Virus record (IMG/VR): IMGVR_UViG_2938983465_000007
Strand: one strand, 5' to 3'
Source: an uncultured virus (IMG/VR IMGVR_UViG_2938983465_000007)
Taxonomy: Duplodnaviria; Heunggongvirae; Uroviricota; Caudoviricetes
DNA length: 20,000 nt
Shown: positions 14,746 to 20,000 of the stretch, one piece after another
Numbering within the stretch: position 1 is the stretch's first letter
Layout of the letters: each line of letters starts with the position of its first letter
Made by a program: the position numbers and the translations under genes
The notes under the pieces: generated by a model
What the model was told of the DNA's origin: nothing
The model's database searches: none
The model's input: the letters and a program-made list of their open reading frames with translations, nothing else

Positions 14746-15465
14746 GTGGCCACCGTACTTAGCCAAATCGCCCAGGATGCTCTTGGCCGAGCTTATGGCC
14801 GGCTCCGTCATCGCAGCGCATGCCGGAGCCGCAGGCCCTGGACTGATGAGGAAATGGAGCAGCTACGTCTGCGGTATCCCCATGAGCCTACTGCTGATAT
14901 CGCCGAGGATCTTGGCCGCTCTATTCATATGCTCTACCACAAGGCCGAACAGCTCGGCCTCAGAAAAACGGCAGCCTTCCTCGCGAGTCCATTGTCCCGC
15001 CGTCTGAATGGCTCACAGGGCTCCGGGCACCGGTTCGCCAAGGGTTCCACTCCCTGGAACAAGGGGCTCAAGGGGTTGCCTTCGATTGGGCGTAGCTCGG
15101 AAACCCAGTTCCAGCCTGGCAGCAAGCCCGGCAATTGGCTGCCAATTGGCAGTCACCGGCTGAGCCGGGATGGCTACCTGCAGCGTAAGGTCACGGATAC
15201 AGGCTATCCCCCCAAGGACTGGGTGGCCGTCCATACATTGCTGTGGGAAGAGCACAACGGCCCAGTTCCAGAGGGACACTGCCTCTGCTTCAGAGACGGT
15301 AACAAGCAGAACATCACCCTGGACAATCTCGAACTCATCACCCGCGCCGAACGTATGCGGCGCAACACCATTCACCGCTATCCGCCGGAGCTAAAAGACG
15401 CAATTCGCGTGGTCGGCAAGCTCAAGCGCACCATTCGGGAGATTGAGCATGAAAAACAAAGTTGA
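14746..15465 (+). CDS. HNH endonuclease with N-terminal DNA-binding motifs, about 239 aa
   Basis: WTDEE...YP...LGRS, FAKGSTPWNKG, VHTLLWEEHNGPVP...FRDGNKQNITLDNLELITRAE; GTG start inferred. Confidence 0.85.
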   Translation: MATVLSQIAQDALGRAYGRLRHRSACRSRRPWTDEEMEQLRLRYPHEPTADIAEDLGRSIHMLYHKAEQLGLRKTAAFLASPLSRRLNGSQGSGHRFAKGSTPWNKGLKGLPSIGRSSETQFQPGSKPGNWLPIGSHRLSRDGYLQRKVTDTGYPPKDWVAVHTLLWEEHNGPVPEGHCLCFRDGNKQNITLDNLELITRAERMRRNTIHRYPPELKDAIRVVGKLKRTIREIEHEKQS

Positions 15466-15661
15466 AGACCTCCGTAATCATCTCTTCGCCACCCTCGAAG
15501 GGCTGCTTGATAAAGACGAACCACTGGATATCGAGCGGGCGAAGGCGGTTGCCCAGGTGAGTTCGGTGATCATCGAGTCGGCCAAGGTCGAGGTGAAGGC
15601 CATGGAGTTGCTCGACGCCAATGGCAGTAAGTTTCTCCAGATCGGTGAGGAACCGCGGTAA
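15449..15661 (+). CDS. Conserved small phage protein accompanying the HNH gene, 70 aa
   Basis: MKNKVEDLRNHLFATLEGL...IERAKAVAQVSSVIIESAKVEV. Confidence 0.75.
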   Translation: MKNKVEDLRNHLFATLEGLLDKDEPLDIERAKAVAQVSSVIIESAKVEVKAMELLDANGSKFLQIGEEPR

Positions 15662-16224
15662 TGGCCCTCGCGAAAGCACTACTCAGCAAGATCCACATCG
15701 CTCGTCAGCAGCTCGGCCTGCAGGACGATGTCTATCGGCAGAAGCTGCAGGTGATGTTCGGCAAGGGGTCGGCGCGGGATCTGAACCTGCGCCAGGCCGA
15801 GCAGTTGCTGACGGAGTTCAAGCGCCTGGGCTGGCAACCACAGCCCAGCAAGCGAGCAGCCGGCAAGCCGCATAACTTCAGTCAGCTGCCCGCCGAGGTC
15901 CAGGTCATCGAGGCGCAGTTGGCCGAGATGAGGCTGCCCTGGAGCTATGCCGACAAGATCGCCAAGCAGATGTTCGGCGTGGCCAAGGTCGCATGGCTGA
16001 AGAAGCCAGATCAGCTCACGGCAATCCTGGCGGCGTTGCACGTCGAGCAGGAGAAACGGTACCTCCTCGCCGAAGTGGATCGGCTCTGCCAGGGCCTGGG
16101 CATCGAGCATCCAGAACAGGCGGCCGGCCTGGAACAGCTGCCGAAAGGATGGCGGCGGCAGCGTCCAATCCTCAAGGCCCTGGTGGAAACGCTCCAGGCG
16201 GCCGCAGATAGCAAGCGGAGGTAA
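15661..16224 (+). CDS. gemA: GemA / Mu gp16 family (DUF1018), 187 aa
   Basis: KIHIARQQLGLQDDVYRQKL...GKGSARDL...EFKRLGW; immediately upstream of mor. Confidence 0.88.
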   Translation: MALAKALLSKIHIARQQLGLQDDVYRQKLQVMFGKGSARDLNLRQAEQLLTEFKRLGWQPQPSKRAAGKPHNFSQLPAEVQVIEAQLAEMRLPWSYADKIAKQMFGVAKVAWLKKPDQLTAILAALHVEQEKRYLLAEVDRLCQGLGIEHPEQAAGLEQLPKGWRRQRPILKALVETLQAAADSKRR

Positions 16225-16226
16225 TA

Positions 16227-16586
16227 ATGAAGGAGATCCGTTCGCAGCAGATCCGCCGCCGGAACAACATGCTCAGCGAGCTGGCCGAACTGATCGTCGA
16301 AGCGTTCGTGCGCAACGGGATTCCTCGGGAGAAGGCGGTGCCCGAGTCGGAAGAGGTGGCGTTCCAGCTGCATCGGCGCTGGGCCGGTTTGACATTTGTT
16401 TTCCCGGTCAAGGATGACCTGGCCCGCAAGCGTCTGGAGTTGCACATCCTGCAGCGCTACGATGGATCGAACGCCGACAAGCTGGTCCAGGAGTTCGGAA
16501 TTTCAGAAGGGCTGATCTACGAAATCGTCAGGAAGCACCGCAGGCAGCGAAAGGATCAGATGACGCTTTTTGACCCGGCCGAATGA
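16227..16586 (+). CDS. mor: Mor/C-family transcription activator, 119 aa
   Basis: WAGLTFVFP...ILQRYDGSNADKLVQEFGISEGLIYEIV Mor-type HTH; GGAGG RBS. Confidence 0.85.
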   Translation: MKEIRSQQIRRRNNMLSELAELIVEAFVRNGIPREKAVPESEEVAFQLHRRWAGLTFVFPVKDDLARKRLELHILQRYDGSNADKLVQEFGISEGLIYEIVRKHRRQRKDQMTLFDPAE

Positions 16587-16601
16587 GCCGGGTCTTCGTT
16601 T
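16572..16601 (+). terminator. Probable intrinsic terminator of the early operon
   Basis: GACCCGGC-cgaatga-GCCGGGTC (8-bp stem; the loop contains the mor stop) followed by TTCGTTT. Confidence 0.55.
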
Positions 16602-16709
16602 CACCCCTGGCAACACCTTTTCATTCTCTCGTCCCGATATTCCCCATCCCCTCCCGCTATATCTCGATTTTTCGCGCACCTCCCCCTAGGTATTTCTCAC
16701 CCTCTCTCA
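16600..16709. other. Prophage end (att-like transposase-binding region) with terminal 5'-TG on the minus strand
   Basis: Non-coding, strongly pyrimidine-skewed tract with loose repeats (TCCCGATATTCCC / TCCCGCTATATCTC), ending ...CACCCTCTCTCA. Confidence 0.8.
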
Positions 16710-17606
16710 GCTGCCGTCACCGTCGCCGCTACCATCGCCCCCGCCGTTGCCGTCCCCTCCCCCGCTGCCGTCGCCGCCATTGCCGGTGCCGCCGTCGTTG
16801 CCGCCGCCGTTGTTGTCTCCACCGCCATTGCCATCGCCGCCGCCGTCACCGCCCGGCGTGGTTGGGTCGGTTGGATCCGTGGGATCGGTCGGGGTCTTGA
16901 CGCAGGTAGTCCCCGACCACGACCAGCCGGGCGGGCAGCCGGGGTCGTTCGGGTCGGAAGGATCGGTGTTCGGGGTGTCGGGCGGGTTCAGCGAGTCGCC
17001 GGTCTGCGCGAAGGTGTAGGAATCGGCACCGCAATTCTGTCCGGTGCCCTTGAGGATGTAATTGCAGAAGCCGGTGGTGGTGGAGCCTTTGACCAGATAG
17101 CAACTGGCCGGGCTGGGGTTGCCGCCGTACTCGCAGCTTTGATAACAGGCGCTCGGTGCGCCGCCGTCGCCGACATAGTTCCGCCCGCCCGAGGTGACAA
17201 CAGGCGAGTCCGGGCCCTTGGCCGGAAACAGTTCGCCTTCCTTGCACTCTTCGGGTGGCGGCTTGCAGGCACCGTCGGCCGGATCGAGTTCTTGCTCTGG
17301 AGGACAGCTATCGCCAGTCAAGATGGTAGCCGACGTCTGCCAGGTGATTCCGCCAGTACCCGAAACATTGCACTGAACTTCCTTGTAGCTCAGTTTGTTG
17401 ATTTCCTTTAGCCAGTTGGCCGACGTGTTATCGAAGTAGTACTGGCACGCCGCCGTATAGGATGGAAAGAAGGCCGTGGGCTTTCCGGGGATGGAAATCT
17501 TCCATTGGTAGAAGTCCGCGCTCGCCAAGGAATGCCACAGCAACGAGACCAGCAGGCCCAGCAGCGGAAGAAGTCGGCCAAGGCCGGAACGTGCGTTGTT
17601 ACTCAT
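16707..17606 (-). pseudogene. coaA: Pf minor coat/attachment protein CoaA (pIII, PA0724 homologue), truncated by phage insertion
   Basis: Signal peptide, Cys-rich domains, PTD repeats and Gly-rich linker, then an abrupt stop after GDGDGS. The C-terminal domain and TM anchor of the full-length protein (over 400 aa) are missing. Alternative start at 17618. Confidence 0.92.
16710..16895 (-). repeat. Low-complexity coding repeats (PTD x3; GGDG/GGNG linker) in coaA
   Basis: Visible ccg/gcc-rich repeats encoding PTDPTDPTDPTTPGGDGGGDGNGGG.... Confidence 0.85.
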
Positions 17607-17619
17607 CCAGTCACCCATG

Positions 17620-17654
17620 AAAAAGCCCCCTGCCGGAAACTCCGGAGGGGGCTT
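17620..17654 (-). terminator. Intrinsic terminator downstream of coaB
   Basis: Minus strand AAGCCCCCT-CCGG-agttt-CCGG-c-AGGGGGCTT followed by TTT. Confidence 0.85.
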
Positions 17655-17672
17655 CCGCCTCGGTCTGTTCGG

Positions 17673-17750
17673 TTAGAAGAATTCGCCGGTCCGGTACCCG
17701 GTGATGAAGGCGCCGGCGAAGAACGCCCCCAACCACACCGACCAGAGCAC
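17673..17750 (-). CDS. Putative 25-aa hydrophobic mini-protein between coaB and the terminator
   Basis: GTG 3 nt after the coaB stop; MLWSVWLGAFFAGAFITGYRTGEFF*. Confidence 0.45.
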   Translation of the reverse strand: MLWSVWLGAFFAGAFITGYRTGEFF

Positions 17751-17753
17751 CCG

Positions 17754-18002
17754 TTACGCCTTGCGCAACATGCTGTAGATCAGGCCGGCGACGGCCAGGA
17801 TCACCAGGGCGCCGACGATGTAGCCGCCAATGGCCTTCATATCGCCCTGCCCATCGGTGATCGCCGATTCCACCGCGCTGGTGTCGATCACCCCGGCGAA
17901 GGCCGGCAGCGAAGTCGCGGCAGTGACGGAACCGGCGATGCACAGGTTGCGGAACGAGGCGATCGGGCTGAACTTGGCGATGCGTTGCTTCATTGCTTTC
18001 AT
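17754..18002 (-). CDS. coaB: Pf major coat protein CoaB (pVIII, PA0723 homologue), 82 aa
   Basis: Mature sequence GVIDTSAVESAITDGQGDMKAIGGYIVGALVILAVAGLIYSMLRKA matches the Pf1 coat protein. Confidence 0.98.
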   Translation of the reverse strand: MKAMKQRIAKFSPIASFRNLCIAGSVTAATSLPAFAGVIDTSAVESAITDGQGDMKAIGGYIVGALVILAVAGLIYSMLRKA

Positions 18003-18014
18003 GGTGTTTCCTCT

Positions 18015-18266
18015 CTACTTGGCTTTACGAAGAAGTGACGCGACCCAGCCAATCAAAAGCCCCGTCACGAACGATCCCAGGACGCCAGCGGCACCGATGC
18101 CGAAGGCTTCCGGGGAGAAACCACCGTTGACCAGGATGTCCACGTATCCAGCAGCCTCGGGCGGAATCAGGTAGGCCTGTTGCCATGCGAGTTCGCGACA
18201 CGCCGTGAAGCCCTCGGGGGTCGAGGTCCACGCGGTACACACCTGCACAGCGACAACGCCTGACAT
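18015..18266 (-). CDS. Pf PA0722 homologue (minor virion protein), 83 aa
   Basis: MSGVVAVQVCTAW...; C-terminal TM; position before coaB. Confidence 0.9.
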   Translation of the reverse strand: MSGVVAVQVCTAWTSTPEGFTACRELAWQQAYLIPPEAAGYVDILVNGGFSPEAFGIGAAGVLGSFVTGLLIGWVASLLRKAK

Positions 18267-18278
18267 AGCGATCAGTCC

Positions 18279-18371
18279 TCAAACAGCCAGGGAGGCCGCT
18301 AGGCCGTCGATCCAGCCCCAGGCGTAGCCGGTGGCCAGACCTACCGCGAACAGCGAGAGATAGCGGAGCAT
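18279..18371 (-). CDS. pfsE: PfsE (PA0721 homologue), 30-aa superinfection exclusion/minor coat protein
   Basis: Manual translation [39 protein letters not shown]. Confidence 0.9.
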   Translation of the reverse strand: MLRYLSLFAVGLATGYAWGWIDGLAASLAV

Positions 18372-18387
18372 CGCGGCCTCCTACGGC

Positions 18388-18822
18388 TTACGCCTTGGCG
18401 TCCGGGGACTTGTCTTGTTTGTCCTGGCCCTGCGGCTGCTGGGCCGGGCGCGGGGCTTGGGCCTGTGCTTGCGGGCGGGCCGGGGCTTGGGCGGTCGGCG
18501 CCATCGGCTTGCCGCCCACCGCCAACAGATCCACAAGGACTTGGGTATTGGTGATCCGACCGAAACGGTCTTGGGTCGGGCGGACCACGCTGGCGAACTT
18601 GCAGAGCACCGGCTGGCCTTCGAAGACGATGGCGTCCAGCAGGGTCGGCTCGATGTTGTATTCGCTGATCTCGAAGCCCTTGGCGTTGCCACGGGCACCT
18701 TCCGGGATCGGGGCGATGGACTGGACCGAGGCGTAGATTTCCCCGGTCTTGGTCGAGGTATAGGTGTCGGTCTTGGTGACCCACAGTTCGACGACGCCGC
18801 CTTGGGTTGCAAACATGTTCAT
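18388..18822 (-). CDS. Pf ssDNA-binding protein (gene V, PA0720 homologue), 144 aa
   Basis: MNMFATQGGVVELWVTKTDTYTSTKTGEIYASVQ... matches the Pf1 gene V protein; GAAGGAG RBS. Confidence 0.95.
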   Translation of the reverse strand: MNMFATQGGVVELWVTKTDTYTSTKTGEIYASVQSIAPIPEGARGNAKGFEISEYNIEPTLLDAIVFEGQPVLCKFASVVRPTQDRFGRITNTQVLVDLLAVGGKPMAPTAQAPARPQAQAQAPRPAQQPQGQDKQDKSPDAKA

Positions 18823-18955
18823 CGGTGTTTCTCCTTCAATTCGCCTTTTTCGGCGTGAGTTGTCCCGCTGCTGCAAATTCGGCTGTTTCGCCTTCATTCA
18901 GCGGTGTTGGGTGAAAGTGATGTGTGGGCGATCCCTTCGGGCCGGGCTCTATTCG

Positions 18956-19333
18956 CTAGCGAACCAAGCCAACCACGGGTGTTCGTCTCAGCCCATTCGA
19001 GTAACGGTCCCTATCGCAACGTCGTCTCCGACAGCCAAGGGGAACGCTTCCCCTTGGAACCCGCAGAGCAACACCAAGGGCTCTGCCCTTGTCATCCCGC
19101 TCTTGCCGCCGAGGGCTCGGGAGCGCGGGGCGGAGGAGCTGCCCCACACTCCCAAGCAGAGGCTGTTTCAGGGGGGAGGCGTTCAAGGGTGCGCTGCGCC
19201 CGTGCTTCCGTTCGCCGGAACGGTGAGGCTGTTCCGACGAGCCGGGAGCGCGGCCCTTGACCGGATCGGCCACGGTGCGGGCGGCTTGGATCAAGCAGAG
19301 CAGGAGCAGCGCTTTCAGGGTCTTAGCGAGCAT
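18956..19333 (-). CDS. PA0719 homologue, hypothetical 125 aa (coincides with a hairpin cluster)
   Basis: ORF in the canonical position with GGAGG RBS; composition atypical for a folded protein. Confidence 0.55.
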   Translation of the reverse strand: MLAKTLKALLLLCLIQAARTVADPVKGRAPGSSEQPHRSGERKHGRSAPLNASPLKQPLLGSVGQLLRPALPSPRRQERDDKGRALGVALRVPRGSVPLGCRRRRCDRDRYSNGLRRTPVVGLVR

Positions 19334-20000
19334 GGGTCAGCCCTCCAATTGGAATGCTTCGCGCACGGGCACAAAGGGCGTGGGCTTCCCGCTGTCGTAC
19401 ACAACGTGCCAGTACTTCGGCGGACGCCGGGACGGGTCGTGTTTCGCGCAGAAGGAACGGGGACGGCAGAGCCAGCGGCCACCTTCCAGATAGGGCAGCC
19501 CAGGGGGCCGGCAGTCCGGACACGGCGACGGGTTGTGCAATGGGATGGCCTGCCTTGCGGACCAGCACACAGAGCAGGCGCAGTCCGGGGCGTGGGTTTG
19601 GCGCAAGTAATTCGGAGACGACATGGTCAGCTTCCTCCTTATCTTGGCGAGCACGACCCCAGGCGAGAGCCTCAACCCGCAGGTCGGTCAGATAGGATTC
19701 TTCCGGCTGGGAGAGGTAGCCGGCGTCCATGAGGCCATCGATCAGCATCAGGGCGCGGTCGAAGGGTTCGCTGGGATGCTCTGCCGCGTGCAGCAGATAG
19801 CCCTCAAGGAAGCCCAACAAGGCGTTAATCGGGTTGCTCGACAGAACGCGCGCTACCTCATCAGCGCCTTCAAAGCTCTGCTCAACACGGAAGACCAGTT
19901 CGGCATTCAGGGAACGCATAGAGGCCTTGGCAGCCTGTTCAACCCGAGCGCGAAGAGCTGGAGGCATACGGAGCTTGAATTGCGGATCAGCGCGGCTCAT
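19323..20000 (-). CDS. Arc-family ribbon-helix-helix protein fused to a helical domain, with a read-through tail
   Basis: [43 protein letters not shown] is an Arc signature; ATG at the window edge. Confidence 0.8.
   Translation of the reverse strand: MSRADPQFKLRMPPALRARVEQAAKASMRSLNAELVFRVEQSFEGADEVARVLSSNPINALLGFLEGYLLHAAEHPSEPFDRALMLIDGLMDAGYLSQPEESYLTDLRVEALAWGRARQDKEEADHVVSELLAPNPRPGLRLLCVLVRKAGHPIAQPVAVSGLPAPWAALSGRWPLALPSPFLLRETRPVPASAEVLARCVRQREAHALCARARSIPIGGLTHAR
19337..19624 (-). CDS. pflM: PA0718 homologue (DUF5447, PflM), Cys-rich, 95 aa
   Basis: [17 protein letters not shown]...CPDC...C...FCAKHDP...[24 protein letters not shown]. Confidence 0.8.
   Translation of the reverse strand: MSSPNYLRQTHAPDCACSVCWSARQAIPLHNPSPCPDCRPPGLPYLEGGRWLCRPRSFCAKHDPSRRPPKYWHVVYDSGKPTPFVPVREAFQLEG

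Larger units (their letters stand above)
1..16709. mobile_element. Mu-like transposable prophage (B3/BcepMu-type organisation); one end at 16709, continues beyond window start
   Basis: DDE transposase plus AAA+ ATPase pair, gemA, mor, Mu-type terminase genes, lysis cassette. Early operon is transcribed toward the end, as in B3. Terminal CA at 16708-16709 abuts an interrupted Pf gene. Confidence 0.95.
16710..20000 (-). mobile_element. Pf filamentous prophage (inovirus) core region
   Basis: Recognisable CoaB, CoaA, ssDNA-binding protein and PA0718-PA0722 homologues in canonical order. Confidence 0.97.

Noticed and set aside
7000..16450. Long minus-strand ORFs across the early operon (e.g. 9629-10435, 13833-14753)
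   Set aside because: Mirror frames of tightly coupled plus-strand genes. Unlike 5832-6152 and 6591-6857, the plus frames here are clearly the conserved proteins.
16710..16895. Repeats as a CRISPR or VNTR element
   Set aside because: They encode the normal CoaA Pro-Thr-Asp and Gly-rich linker; there is no repeat-spacer structure.
16583..16900. Cys/Arg-rich ORF spanning the junction
   Set aside because: Artefact of reading the phage end plus the antisense of the Gly-repeat linker.
18764..19732. 322-aa plus-strand ORF in the Pf region
   Set aside because: Antisense to the canonical Pf genes; no recognisable features.

Overview
Two nested Pseudomonas (P. aeruginosa-type) prophages. Bases 1-16709 are one arm of a Mu-like transposable prophage with the B3/BcepMu-type layout. 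On the minus strand lie the terminase genes and the lysis cassette. A divergent repressor / BcepMu-gp16-type switch sits at about 5.0-5.8 kb. A plus-strand early operon (CII-like, IclR-HTH, DUF3102, DDE transposase A, AAA+ transposase B, DUF3164, DUF2786, HNH, gemA, mor) runs outward to a pyrimidine-rich end terminating in ...CA at 16709. Bases 16710-20000 are the core of a Pf filamentous prophage (Arc-like gene, PA0718-PA0724 homologues, minus strand). The transposable phage has inserted inside Pf coaA (pIII). Its terminal TG supplies an in-frame TGA that cuts CoaA off in the Gly-rich linker, before the membrane anchor. The most unusual parts are the accessory regions flanking the immunity switch. 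They contain two apparently paralogous small genes nested antisense inside an early ORF that carries a stand-alone copy of a transposase C-terminal domain segment, a duplicated RBS-ATG flanking one of them, a 67-aa protein resembling the MucR/Ros oligomerisation domain, and a DUF2513-like relic. All family assignments come from motif recognition and recalled gene order, not database searches.
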